A stretch of DNA of 47,421 bases from Myxococcales bacterium (GTDB taxonomy: Bacteria > Myxococcota_A > UBA9042): assembly GCA_009692425.1 (NCBI GenBank), contig SHZF01000035.1, positions 1 to 47,421 of the forward strand, in the 5' to 3' direction. Both the position numbers and the translations under genes were made by a program. How positions within the stretch are numbered: the first letter of the stretch is position 1; each line of letters opens with the position of its first letter. Below the pieces are notes generated by a model. The model saw nothing but the letters and a program-made list of their open reading frames with translations, was not told the DNA's origin and searched no databases. Positions 1-9,634 of the stretch are shown in pieces.

Positions 1-103
1 GGTGATGAACAGCACCTCGGCGAGGATGTGTTCGCGCCCGCGCCGGCTGCGAGGATCGCGGACGGTGGAGAAAAGCTCGAAGAGTCGCTGATATCCGCTC
101 ATG
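1..103 (-). mobile_element. 5'-truncated start of an ISAs1-family (DDE_Tnp_1-associated N-terminal domain) transposase gene; only the first ~34 codons are inside the window
   Basis: Reverse complement of 1-103 reads [34 protein letters not shown]..., matching the conserved N-terminus of ISAs1-type transposases (F..L.DPR...R..H.L.(E/D)(V/I)L). ATG at 103-101. The gene runs off the window edge. Confidence 0.5.
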
Positions 104-334
104 ACCCGGCACCTTCTCGTCGCCGGATCACGCCCCGGCGGGATGTACCAGATCGCACAAATCATTATCTGTCAACCATTTGGTGGGTTTGCGGTTCTTG
201 CGATCGCCCTGTCCACGCCCGCTGCCGATCTTCCCGCCGTCGCCGGTTCGCCCTACAATCTTGGGCCTCCCGCGCGGCCCGCACTCCCGCCGCCGCGCCC
301 CAACTTCCGCCGCCCCCTTGCCCCGCGAGGCCCC

Positions 335-3076
335 ATGTCACTGGACTCGTTCCGCACCCGCCGCACCTTGCAACTGCCCAATGGCCGCGCGGTCACTTAT
401 TGGTCACTGCCGGCCCTCGCCGCGAACGGCTTTGCCAACCTGGATCGCCTGCCGTACAGCACGCGCGTGCTGCTCGAGAACCTGTTGCGCCACGAAGACG
501 AGACGTCCGTCTCGCGTGCCGACATCGAGGCCGTCGCCAGTTGGAACCCCGCGCAACATCCCGAACTCGAGATCGCCTTTCGCGTCGCCCGCGTCATCCT
601 GCAGGACTTCACGGGTGTGCCCGCCGTCGTTGATCTGGCGGCGATGCGCGACGCAATGGTCAAGATGGGCGGCGATCCCTCGAAGATCAATCCGCTGCAG
701 CCTGTCGACCTCGTCATCGATCACTCCGTGATGGTGGACCACTACGGTACGCCCGAGGCATTCGCCCAGAACGCCGCACTCGAATTCGACCGCAACCGGG
801 AGCGCTACCAACTGCTGCGCTGGGGGCAGAGCGCATTCCGCGATTTTCGCGTGGTGCCGCCCGACACGGGCATCGTCCACCAGGTCAACCTGGAGTTCTT
901 GGCGTCGACCGTCTTCACGCGCACGGACCCGACGACCGGCGAGACGCTGGCCTACCCTGACACGTGCGTCGGCACCGACTCGCACACGCCGATGGTCAAC
1001 GGGCTCGGCGTCGTCGGCTGGGGCGTCGGCGGCATCGAGGCCGAAGCGGCGATGCTCGGCCAGCCGATCACGATGCTGCTCCCCGAAGTAGTCGGCGTGC
1101 GCGTCAGCGGGCGGCTGACAGAAGGGGTGACGGCCACCGACCTCGTGCTGACGGCCACCCAATTGCTGCGCAAGCGCGGCGTCGTCGGCAAGTTCGTCGA
1201 GTACTTCGGCCCCGGCTTGGGGTCGTTGAGCCTGCCCGACCGCGCGACGCTGGCGAACATGGTGCCAGAGTATGGCGCCACGATCGGGTTCTTTCCCGTG
1301 GACGCGCGCACCCTCGAATTCCTGCGCTTCTCGGGGAGGCCTGACGCGCTCGTGGAGTTGGTCGAGGCGTACACCAAAGCCCAAGGCCTGTTCCGCACCG
1401 ATGCGTCGCCCGACCCGGCGTACTCCGACGTGCTCGAACTCGACCTCGCCACCATCGTGCCGAGCCTCGCTGGCCCGAAGCGTCCCCAAGACCGCGTGCC
1501 GCTGACCGACATGGCGGCCTCGTTTCGCAGGGAACTGCCGGGCCTGCTCAAACCGGGTGCCGCGATCGACGCCCACGCCAGCGTGACGCTGTCGGGCGAC
1601 GTGCCCGCCGGGGCCGGTACCCAGGTGGACCTGCACCACGGCTCCGTCGTCATCGCCGCCATCACCTCGTGCACGAACACGTCGAATCCTTCGGTGCTGA
1701 TGGCGGCCGGCCTGCTGGCGCGCAACGCCGTGGCCCGCGGCCTGCGCGTCAAGCCGTGGGTCAAGACGAGCCTGGCGCCCGGGTCAAAGGTCGTGACGCA
1801 ATATCTGCGCGCGGCGGGGCTGCTCGATGCGCTCGAAGCGTTGAATTTCCATGTGGTGGGCTACGGCTGCACGACGTGCATCGGCAACTCGGGGCCGTTG
1901 CCCGAGGCGGTCGCGGCCGCCATCGAGCAGGGCAAGCTGGTGGCGGCGTCTGTGCTGTCGGGCAACCGCAATTTCGAAGGCCGGGTGCATCCCTTGGTGC
2001 GTGCGAACTACCTGGCGTCGCCGCCGCTCGTCGTCGCCTATGCGCTGGCGGGCGATGCGAACCACGACATGCAGACGCAACCGCTCGGCCATGACACGGC
2101 GGGCGCCCCGGTGTACCTGAAGGAACTGTGGCCGACGCAGGCCCAGATCGACAACGCCATCGAGCGGTCGCTGTCGGCCGAGATGTTTCGCAGCGAGTAT
2201 GGCGACGCGTTTCTGGGCGATCGGGCGTGGCAGGAGTTGCCGGTGCCGGTCGGCGCGACCTTTGCGTGGATGCCGGATTCGACCTACGTCAAGCACCCGC
2301 CGTTTTTCGACAACCTCGCGTCCGAGCCCACCACGCCGGGTGACCTCGTCGGCGCGCGCGTCCTCGCCGTGCTGGGCGATTCAGTGACGACGGACCACAT
2401 TTCGCCCGCCGGCAACATCGCGAAGGACAGCCCGGCAGGGGCATACCTGCTGGCCAACGGCGTCGCGGCCGCCGATTTCAACAGCTACGGCGCCCGGCGC
2501 GGCAACCACGAGGTGATGATGCGCGGCACGTTCGCCAACGTGCGGCTGCGCAACGCGCTGGTGCCCGGCCGGGAGGGCTGGTGGACCGCCCACCAACCGT
2601 CAGGCGAGGTCATGGCCATCTTTGACGCATCGCTGCGCTACCAGAAGGACGCCGTGCCGCTCGTGATCCTGGCCGGCCAGGAGTACGGGTCGGGGTCGTC
2701 CCGCGACTGGGCGGCGAAAGGGCCGATGCTGTTGGGCGTCAAGGCGGTGGTTGCCCAGAGCTATGAGCGCATCCACCGCTCGAATCTGGTCGGCATGGGC
2801 ATCCTGCCGCTGCAGTTCGGGCCGGGTGTCAGTGCCCAGTCGCTTGGCCTCGACGGTACGGAAGTCTTCGACGTGACGGGCATCGCGGCCGGCGTGCGGC
2901 CGGGCATGACGCTGACGGTGCGGGCGACCGCGCAGCAGACGGCGGGTGGGGCGACATCGGGCAAGGTGACCCTGTTCGACGTGACGTGCCGGATCGACAC
3001 GCCCGTCGAGGTCGAGTACCACCGCCATGGCGGGATCTTGCAGTATGTGTTGCGTGGGTTGGCGCGGGACGTGTAG
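335..3076 (+). CDS. acnA: Aconitate hydratase A (AcnA/IRP family), ~913 aa
   Basis: ORF 101..3076 trimmed to the internal ATG at 335 ([28 protein letters not shown]...). Conserved aconitase motifs run through the protein ([69 protein letters not shown]). Length is typical of AcnA. Confidence 0.9.
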   Translation: MSLDSFRTRRTLQLPNGRAVTYWSLPALAANGFANLDRLPYSTRVLLENLLRHEDETSVSRADIEAVASWNPAQHPELEIAFRVARVILQDFTGVPAVVDLAAMRDAMVKMGGDPSKINPLQPVDLVIDHSVMVDHYGTPEAFAQNAALEFDRNRERYQLLRWGQSAFRDFRVVPPDTGIVHQVNLEFLASTVFTRTDPTTGETLAYPDTCVGTDSHTPMVNGLGVVGWGVGGIEAEAAMLGQPITMLLPEVVGVRVSGRLTEGVTATDLVLTATQLLRKRGVVGKFVEYFGPGLGSLSLPDRATLANMVPEYGATIGFFPVDARTLEFLRFSGRPDALVELVEAYTKAQGLFRTDASPDPAYSDVLELDLATIVPSLAGPKRPQDRVPLTDMAASFRRELPGLLKPGAAIDAHASVTLSGDVPAGAGTQVDLHHGSVVIAAITSCTNTSNPSVLMAAGLLARNAVARGLRVKPWVKTSLAPGSKVVTQYLRAAGLLDALEALNFHVVGYGCTTCIGNSGPLPEAVAAAIEQGKLVAASVLSGNRNFEGRVHPLVRANYLASPPLVVAYALAGDANHDMQTQPLGHDTAGAPVYLKELWPTQAQIDNAIERSLSAEMFRSEYGDAFLGDRAWQELPVPVGATFAWMPDSTYVKHPPFFDNLASEPTTPGDLVGARVLAVLGDSVTTDHISPAGNIAKDSPAGAYLLANGVAAADFNSYGARRGNHEVMMRGTFANVRLRNALVPGREGWWTAHQPSGEVMAIFDASLRYQKDAVPLVILAGQEYGSGSSRDWAAKGPMLLGVKAVVAQSYERIHRSNLVGMGILPLQFGPGVSAQSLGLDGTEVFDVTGIAAGVRPGMTLTVRATAQQTAGGATSGKVTLFDVTCRIDTPVEVEYHRHGGILQYVLRGLARDV

Positions 3077-3262
3077 CAGCAGACGGCGGGTGGGGCGACG
3101 CCGGCTCAGCCGTCGTCTACGCCGCTCAGGGCGTCGTCGGCCGTCCAGGGGCAGGTGCGCGGAAAATCCTGACGCAGACGGCCCGTCTCGATGACCGCAA
3201 ACCGCACGGCGTCGGCGTAGTCCTCTTCCAGGCCGAGGCCCAGTTCGCGGTGCAGGCTGGGA

Positions 3263-3326
3263 CTGTCCTTGAGCAGATTCAGCAAGCTGTTGCACTGTCC
3301 TTGAGCAGATTCAGCAAGCTGTTGCG
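3263..3326. repeat. Perfect tandem duplication of a 32-bp unit (ctgtccttgagcagattcagcaagctgttgc) in the acnA/putA convergent intergenic region
   Basis: Unit at 3263-3294 repeated at 3295-3326 with a single terminal mismatch (a/g). Directly visible in the sequence. Confidence 0.85.
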
Positions 3327-3394
3327 CTGCACATCGATGGTCGCCTGCCACGAGCGGCCGCGCAGGTCTGGCTGCTCGCGCCACTTCAGCAGGT

Positions 3395-3450
3395 GCATCA
3401 GCATCCACCAGCCAACCTTTCCCGAACGCCGAATTCGGATGCAGTTCTCT
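3395..3450 (-). repeat. Partial, inverted copy of the 3' portion of the ~140-bp intergenic repeat family (see 18748, 22126, 38234)
   Basis: cccgaacgccgaattcggatgcagttct (3421-3448) is the reverse complement of agaactgcatcc(c/g)aattcggcgttcggg in copy B (22215-22243). The flanking aaaggtt(g/t)gctg also matches. Contains the CCGAATTCGG palindrome. Confidence 0.6.
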
Positions 3451-3509
3451 GCGTTCAGGAGGTTGGCGGTCAACGCCTGGGCGCGTCCGCACCAGTGGCT
3501 CCTCGACGT

Positions 3510-6500
3510 CTAGCCATTGCCGCCCAAAGGCGCCCCATGCCGCATCGTGTTCACCGCGACCGTGCGCGCGTGCAGGTGTGCCTTCAGGATGCCGTCCCAA
3601 TCCGGCACGCCCGGCAACGAACCGTCGGCGTGCACGGCCCGCAGGTGGCGGCAACCGGGCGGCTGCGCGACGCACCAGGGCAGGGCGATGCTCCATACGT
3701 CGGCAGGGCCGTCGAGCACCACCGTTGCGAGCGCCGGGTCGAGCAGCAGGGCGCGCAGTGGCCCTGCGGCCGCCACGTCGACCACCTGCCACGGTGGCGT
3801 GTCGAGGTCGGCCCACGCGGCGTCGAATGCCCGCCATGCCTCGCCGGCAACCGGTGCCAACGCCACGATGCGCACGGGACAGCCCGCCGCCGCTGCGCCC
3901 AACGCATGGGCCAGGGCCTGTGGAGTCACGAAGCTGCGGCCAGCCAGGACGACAGTGAGCCCGCGCGGCAGGTTCCACAGCGTGTATGTGCGCTGGCCCG
4001 GGATCGGGTGCGTCGGTTCGCCGGCGGCGCGCAATCCGTCGATGTGGCGCGCGCAGTGGCGTACCATCGTGTCCGCAACGGCACGCAAGTCGAGGTCGAT
4101 CGCGCAAACGGGCAGGGTGGCCAGGGCGCGCTGCAGGGCGCGGGCGTGGGGCAGGGAAGCGACGGGCGCCGGGTACGCGGACTCGGCCACCTCGCGAGGT
4201 TCGGGCGGCCCGGGCAATTCGGCCAGCACGGAGAGCGCGGCAGCAGCGAGGGGCCGAGCCGCGGGCACGGTCGCAGAACGGCAGAATGCGTCGAGGTAGT
4301 CGGGGCCACCGGCCTTGGGGCCCGTGCCCGACATCCCGTAGCCACCGAACGGCTCGACGGCCACGCGCGCGCCGGTCAAGGGGCGGTTGACATAACAATT
4401 GCCCGCCGGCAGTGCGGCCACGACGGCGGCGACCTCGTCGTCAGACTGGGCAAAGACGCCGCCCGTCAGCGAGTACGCACCGGCGCGGACCAAGGCGAGG
4501 GCCTCCTCGATGCCGACGACTGGAATCACGTGGACGATGGGGCCGAAAAGCTCTGTTTCGGCAAGGCTGCCGGGGCGCAGCGCTTCGGCGACGGAGACGA
4601 CCGCAACGACGGGGCCGACTTGCCATCCCAGGGCGCCGCTGCCTCGCGCGTCAACGACCGCCCGATCGACGACGACCCGGCCACCGCACGCCGCCGCTTC
4701 GTCGGATACCCGCCGCGCCGCGGTCCGCAGGCGGTCGCGGTCGTCGGAGGTAATGACCGGGTTGACGCGTACGCCGGGTCGTTCTGCTGGGCCGACGCGC
4801 AAGTCGGCAGCGGCGCGCGCAAACCGTGCCACGAAGGGTTCCGCCACGCGAACGTCGACGAGGACGCGGGACAGTGCTGAACACTTCTGGCCCGCGTGAC
4901 CGAAGGCCGAACGCAAACACGCGCTGACTGCCTCGTCGAGATCGGCCGTCGCCGTGACGAGCGCAGCGTTCTTGCCGCCCATCTCCGTCACCGCGCGCCG
5001 CAGCCACGGGCCGTGCGGGCGCGCACCGATCGCCGCGTGGATGCGACGACCTACCGCCATCGATCCGGTGAACACGGCGCCACCGATGCCGGGATGGGCC
5101 ACGAGCGCTGCGCCGACCGACGGCCCATCGCCGGGCGCGTGCTGGATGGCGTCGTCCGGCATTCCCGCAGCGCGCAGCAACGCCACCAGGCACTCGGCGA
5201 CCAGCGGCGTCTGTTCTGCCGACTTCAGCACGACCGCGTTGCCGGTGACGAGCGCGCCCGCCACCATGCCGGTCGGGATCGCGAGCGGAAAGTTCCACGG
5301 CGCGATCACGGCCACCACACCGACGGGAGCCACGCCGGTGGCCGAGAGGGCGACCGGCCCTGCCGCACGATCGATCGCCACGCGGGCGTAGAACTGCAGG
5401 AAGTCGATCGCCTCGTCGACGTCGCCGAGCGCCTCGCCGCGCGCCTTGCCCGCCTCGCGCAGCACGAGCGCCGCCCACGCATGGCGGTCGGCACGCATCC
5501 GCTCGGCCGCCGTCACCAGCACCGCTGCCCGCGCCGGGGCGGCCACGGCGCTCCACACAGGCGCTGCAGCCTGGGCGCGCGCTATCAACAGATCGACATC
5601 GCCTGCCGTGCACGTGCGCAGCCGGCCGAGCGTGCGCTCAGGCTGCGAAGGCGATTGGATGTCGAGCGCGGGCCCGCTGCGCCCCGGCCGTGGCGGCGGC
5701 ACCGCTTGCAGGCTGACGAGCAAGGCGTCGGCGACCAACGCAGCTTCGAACGCGGCCCGGTGCTCCGCCAGGTGGAGGCGCACGGGCGCGACGTTGAAGA
5801 ACCCCGGCGTGTCAGCGCGGTGCGACGCCCCGCCCAGGAACTTGACCTGGCAGAGACCGTCGCGCGCCGGCTCCTGCTCCAAGGTGAGTGCCAGCGCGGG
5901 CGACACACGACCCGCCACTACGTCGGTGCCGTGGCGCGCCTGGGTCAGCACTCCCGCCTGAGAGCTGTTCTCGAGAATGCGGCGCACGAGGTACGCCATT
6001 CCGACCAGTAGCGAGCCGACGGGGACGTAGGAGCGCACGGCCCAACCCTGCCGGTGCATCGCCGTCGCCAGCGCCTCGTAGGTGGCGTGCAACACCTGGT
6101 GCTCGATGGGTGGCGCCGCAGGATGCAGTTCGGCGCGCGCTGCCTCGGCGAATGCATGGTCGCGCAAGTTGTGGCTCGCAACACACAGGTGGATCGCGTC
6201 GCCGGCCTCGAGGAGTCGCACGGTGAGTGCCTGGAACAACGCGTCGGTCTCCGCTTTGGCGAGAAACTGCGGGGCCGGGTGGTCGTGGGCGGTCGCTTCG
6301 GTCGTTTCGGCATCCCAGTAGGCGCCTTTGACGAGCCGCACGGGCAGGCGCACGGCACGGGTCCGCGCAAACGCCACCACGGCATCGACATGGGCGGGCG
6401 CGTCGCGCAGGTAGGCCTGCACCACGATGCCGACGCCGCCCCAACCGCCCAGATCCGGCGTGGCCAGCGCCCGACGCAACATCGCGACGCTCAGGTCGCG

Positions 6501-7823
6501 CGCCGGGTAGTGTTCGGCGTCGAGCGTCATCCCGACGCCGTGCTGGCGGGCGTGGCGCAACACACGCAGCAGGCGCGGGCCGACCCGGGCCCAGACGCCG
6601 TCCGGGTCGTCGGGGTCGAAGTCGCTGCACAGGGCACTGACCTTGATGGACACATGCGCCCGCTCGAGACCGGCGGCGTTGCGCGAGGCGGGCCGGCTCG
6701 CGCCATGGGCGTCGCTCCCGCCGTGGCGGGCACCCAGGCCATCGACGAGGGCCAGCACCCGCTCGGTGTACCGATCAGCTTCGTCTTCGCTGACCACGAG
6801 TTCGCCCAGCGGGTCGAGCGTCGCATCGCGCCCCGTCGCCCACAGCCCCTGCAACGCCGCGCCCGCCTCCGCCATCGTCTCGCCCGCTAGGAACTGGCGC
6901 GCCAACCTGCGAACTGCGGCGCGCGTCAGGCCGGCAACCCACGCCAGGGGAAGGAGTCGGGACCCGCTGTCGGCAAGCCGTGCTGCGAATTCGAGGGCAT
7001 TCGGCAGCGCCCCCCACTCGCCAGTCACGCGATCGCGCCGTGCCACGGCGGAGTCAGCCAGCATCCGGCGCAGCGTTTCGCGCAGCAGCAGCACGACTTC
7101 GCCGCCGTGTCGGTCGTGGTCGAGTGCCGGGAGCGCCGCCACGAACCGCAGCGCGTGGACGCGCAGTACCGCATGACGGCCCTGCAATTCCAGGCCCCAT
7201 TGCGCCACGCGCTCCGCGAGGCGATGCCGGTGACGCGCAAGGCCGAGCGCCAGGGCACTTGCGATGCGCGCACTGGTCGCGAGAACGCGGGCGTGGTCCG
7301 GTTCGGTCGGGTCCAACACGGCGAAGAGGCCGTGCCTGGCGACCACCGTCGCAATCTCGCGCGGCGCGCTACCGAGCGCGGCTTGCTGCCAGGCCGCCAC
7401 CAAGCCAGCTAGGGCTCCCGCGTCTGGCCCCAAGGCGCCGAGCACCATGGACTCGCTGGCAAAACGTGGCGTCCCGACGGACAGCACCAGCGCGCCTTCA
7501 TCCACCGCCACGCTGCCAATCCAGCCCTCGACATCGACCCACGTGCGCCACGGCGAGCGGACGTCGGGACCGCCGACGCAGGCAAGCCGATCCGCCAGCG
7601 CAGCGAGCGCAACCGTCCGCAGGGTTCCGGCGCGCACGTCGAACCAAACGTCGGCATGGGCGCACCACACGCGCAGGTTCCAAACACGACCGCCCAGGTT
7701 GAGCCGCGCGGCCTCGACATCGACACGGATATTCGGGAGGGACGCGGTAAGGATCGTGTGCTGAAGTTGCATGACCCGCTCCCGACGCCGCGCGGAGGAT
7801 CGCGCTCCGGGCTGCGGAGTCAA
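3510..7823 (-). CDS. putA: Bifunctional proline dehydrogenase / L-glutamate-gamma-semialdehyde (P5C) dehydrogenase PutA, with a long N-terminal arm and a C-terminal ALDH-like extension
   Basis: PRODH barrel region (MTLDAEHYPARDLSVAM..., VASHNLRDHAFAEAARA, GMAYLVRRILENSSQ) is followed by an ALDH domain (VIAPWNFPLAIPTGMVAGALVTGNAVVLKSAEQTP, EMGGKNAALVTATADLD, GQKCSALSRVLV, EPFGGYGMSGTGPKAGGPDYL). The true start may be the internal ATG at 7772 (MQLQHT...) rather than 7823. Confidence 0.85.
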   Translation of the reverse strand: MTPQPGARSSARRRERVMQLQHTILTASLPNIRVDVEAARLNLGGRVWNLRVWCAHADVWFDVRAGTLRTVALAALADRLACVGGPDVRSPWRTWVDVEGWIGSVAVDEGALVLSVGTPRFASESMVLGALGPDAGALAGLVAAWQQAALGSAPREIATVVARHGLFAVLDPTEPDHARVLATSARIASALALGLARHRHRLAERVAQWGLELQGRHAVLRVHALRFVAALPALDHDRHGGEVVLLLRETLRRMLADSAVARRDRVTGEWGALPNALEFAARLADSGSRLLPLAWVAGLTRAAVRRLARQFLAGETMAEAGAALQGLWATGRDATLDPLGELVVSEDEADRYTERVLALVDGLGARHGGSDAHGASRPASRNAAGLERAHVSIKVSALCSDFDPDDPDGVWARVGPRLLRVLRHARQHGVGMTLDAEHYPARDLSVAMLRRALATPDLGGWGGVGIVVQAYLRDAPAHVDAVVAFARTRAVRLPVRLVKGAYWDAETTEATAHDHPAPQFLAKAETDALFQALTVRLLEAGDAIHLCVASHNLRDHAFAEAARAELHPAAPPIEHQVLHATYEALATAMHRQGWAVRSYVPVGSLLVGMAYLVRRILENSSQAGVLTQARHGTDVVAGRVSPALALTLEQEPARDGLCQVKFLGGASHRADTPGFFNVAPVRLHLAEHRAAFEAALVADALLVSLQAVPPPRPGRSGPALDIQSPSQPERTLGRLRTCTAGDVDLLIARAQAAAPVWSAVAAPARAAVLVTAAERMRADRHAWAALVLREAGKARGEALGDVDEAIDFLQFYARVAIDRAAGPVALSATGVAPVGVVAVIAPWNFPLAIPTGMVAGALVTGNAVVLKSAEQTPLVAECLVALLRAAGMPDDAIQHAPGDGPSVGAALVAHPGIGGAVFTGSMAVGRRIHAAIGARPHGPWLRRAVTEMGGKNAALVTATADLDEAVSACLRSAFGHAGQKCSALSRVLVDVRVAEPFVARFARAAADLRVGPAERPGVRVNPVITSDDRDRLRTAARRVSDEAAACGGRVVVDRAVVDARGSGALGWQVGPVVAVVSVAEALRPGSLAETELFGPIVHVIPVVGIEEALALVRAGAYSLTGGVFAQSDDEVAAVVAALPAGNCYVNRPLTGARVAVEPFGGYGMSGTGPKAGGPDYLDAFCRSATVPAARPLAAAALSVLAELPGPPEPREVAESAYPAPVASLPHARALQRALATLPVCAIDLDLRAVADTMVRHCARHIDGLRAAGEPTHPIPGQRTYTLWNLPRGLTVVLAGRSFVTPQALAHALGAAAAGCPVRIVALAPVAGEAWRAFDAAWADLDTPPWQVVDVAAAGPLRALLLDPALATVVLDGPADVWSIALPWCVAQPPGCRHLRAVHADGSLPGVPDWDGILKAHLHARTVAVNTMRHGAPLGGNG

Positions 7824-7835
7824 GGGGTCGTAGTT

Positions 7836-7849
7836 TGTAAAAGTTTACA
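7836..7849. promoter_or_regulatory. Inverted repeat TGTAAA-N2-TTTACA inside an AT-rich island of the putA/nadE divergent intergenic region; candidate regulator operator and promoter region
   Basis: 7824-7954 is the only strongly AT-rich stretch nearby (tcgtagtttgtaaaagtttacataatactcattatcagacgttgaatg). It has perfect 6-bp palindromic arms. A sigma70-like TTGTAA(7835-7840)-N17-ATTATC reading toward nadE is possible. Confidence 0.4.
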
Positions 7850-7954
7850 TAATACTCATTATCAGACGTTGAATGTGCACTCCGCGCCGGTTTGACCGGT
7901 TTGCGTTGCTGCCCGGGCTGGACACATCAAGAGCGATCCGAAAGCATCCCCGTC

Positions 7955-9634
7955 ATGCGGGTGCGGCTTTGCCAGATCAATACCACCGTCGTCGATTTCG
8001 ACGGCAACCTCGCCGCTATCGAGCGGGCGTGTGAGCGGGCTCGCGTAGACGGGGATCAAGTCGTCGTGGTGCCGGAACTCGCGTTGACCGGCTACCCGCC
8101 TCTGGACTTGTTGGAGCGCGACGACGTGTTGGCCGAGGCGGTGCGGCGCATCCCGGCGTTGGCGCACGCGTCGCGCAACGGGCTCACGGTGGTTGCCGGT
8201 GCGGCGTTGCCGGTGGAACTGCCTGGTGGCCGGCGGCCGGCATGGAACGCCGCGATCGTGTGCCATGACGGCCGCCACGTCGGGACCGTGTACAAGCGAC
8301 TGCTGCCGACCTACGACGTCTTTGACGAGGACCGCTGGTTCGAGCCCGGTGGCGCCGACACCGTGCGCACGTTCGACCTGCATGGGCGACGGATCGGAAT
8401 CACGATCTGCGAAGACCTGTGGAGCCACGTCGACGATGGCCCGGCGCGCTACGATGCCGACCCCTGCGGCGACCTGGCTGCGGCGGGCGCAGACTGCATC
8501 CTGAACCTGTCCGCTTCGCCGTTCGACCTCGGCAAGGCCGAGCGCAGGCTGCGTCTGCTGCGGGGCCTGACGGCGCGCACCGGCCTGCCGATCGCATACT
8601 GCAACCTCGTCGGCGGCAACGACTCGCTGCTGTTTGACGGCCGGTCGTTCGCGATCGACGGCACGGGACGGGTGCTTGGGGCTGCGGCGGCGTTCGTGGA
8701 GGCAGACCTGCGCGTGGTGTTGCCAGGCGCCGTCCGGCCGGGTGTTGCGATCGCACAAGGGGTGCCGCCCGGGTTCGCGCAAGAGCCGGCCGTCGAGGCG
8801 CGCGCGGCGCTGGTGCTCGGGATCCGCGACTACCTGCGCAAGTGCGGATTCCAGAAAGCGATCATTGGCTTGTCCGGCGGGATCGATTCGGCGCTGACGG
8901 CTGCGTTGGCGGTCGAGGCGTTGGGGCCCGCCCACGTGGTGGGCATTGCGATGCCGGGGCCCGTCAGCAGCCCGGGCAGCGTGACGGATGCGCTCGCCTT
9001 GGCGGATCGGCTCGGCATCGCGTGTCCGGTGGTGCGGATCGACGCCACGTTCGACGCGGTCCGGCAGGCCGTGGCTCCGTTGTCGTGCGATACGCCGCGC
9101 ACGCCGTGGGACGTCACCGACCAGAACCTGCAGGCGCGCATCCGCGGCACCATCCTGATGGCAATGTCGAATGCGACGGGTGCCATCTTGTTGACCACAG
9201 GCAACAAGAGCGAACTCGCCGTCGGCTACTGCACGCTCTACGGCGACATGAACGGTGGCCTGGCCGTGATCGGCGACCTGCCGAAAGGGCTCGTGTACGA
9301 CGTGGCCCGCAGTTACAACACAAACGGCCGCGAGGTCATCCCGGTCGCGACCTTGACGAAGCCGCCGAGCGCGGAATTGGCTCCGGACCAAAAGGACGCC
9401 GACAGCCTGCCGCCCTACCCGGTCCTCGACGCCATCCTGGAGCGCCACGTCGTCGAATTGCAGGCGCCTGCCGCGATCATCGCCGCCGGCTTCGATGCCG
9501 CGACGGTGCACCGGGTGGTGCGCCTCGTCGAGCGGGCCGAATACAAACGCCGCCAGGCCGCCCCCGTGCTGCGCGTCACCCGCAAGGCGTTTGGCGGCGG
9601 GCGCCGCGTGCCGATGGCGCGGAGGATGCCGTGA
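7955..9634 (+). CDS. nadE: Glutamine-dependent NAD+ synthetase (N-terminal CN-hydrolase domain + C-terminal NAD synthetase domain)
   Basis: Starts MRVRLCQINTTVVDFDGNLAAIERA (ATG 7955). Nitrilase-type domain (VVVPELALTGYPPLDLLERDDV, ITICEDLW). C-terminal PP-loop ATPase motif GLSGGIDSALTAALAVEALG. Confidence 0.9.
   Translation: MRVRLCQINTTVVDFDGNLAAIERACERARVDGDQVVVVPELALTGYPPLDLLERDDVLAEAVRRIPALAHASRNGLTVVAGAALPVELPGGRRPAWNAAIVCHDGRHVGTVYKRLLPTYDVFDEDRWFEPGGADTVRTFDLHGRRIGITICEDLWSHVDDGPARYDADPCGDLAAAGADCILNLSASPFDLGKAERRLRLLRGLTARTGLPIAYCNLVGGNDSLLFDGRSFAIDGTGRVLGAAAAFVEADLRVVLPGAVRPGVAIAQGVPPGFAQEPAVEARAALVLGIRDYLRKCGFQKAIIGLSGGIDSALTAALAVEALGPAHVVGIAMPGPVSSPGSVTDALALADRLGIACPVVRIDATFDAVRQAVAPLSCDTPRTPWDVTDQNLQARIRGTILMAMSNATGAILLTTGNKSELAVGYCTLYGDMNGGLAVIGDLPKGLVYDVARSYNTNGREVIPVATLTKPPSAELAPDQKDADSLPPYPVLDAILERHVVELQAPAAIIAAGFDAATVHRVVRLVERAEYKRRQAAPVLRVTRKAFGGGRRVPMARRMP

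Noticed and set aside
101-334. N-terminal 78 codons of the aconitase track ORF
   Set aside because: Upstream of the conserved AcnA N-terminus. The internal ATG at 335 gives a normal-length protein. The upstream stretch is low-complexity.
404-1639. Long antisense ORFs opposite real genes (e.g. 404..1639-, 3106..4398-, 3393..4880+, 7862..9511-, 12144..13193+, 15832..17655+, 17433..18959+, 18599..20296-, 18928..20502-, 20315..21595+, 27986..29512+, 42761..44131-)
   Set aside because: Arg/Ala/Pro/Gly-dominated, homopolymeric-feeling translations with no recognisable motifs. Each overlaps a well-supported gene on the opposite strand or in another frame. This is the standard artefact of ~70% GC DNA.
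8842-9630. Upstream 263 codons of the 769-aa malQ track ORF, and the 29304..30821 extension of the glgC ORF
   Set aside because: These lie entirely within nadE and within the antisense of the beta-barrel gene respectively. Conserved MalQ/GlgC N-termini begin at 9631 and 30822.
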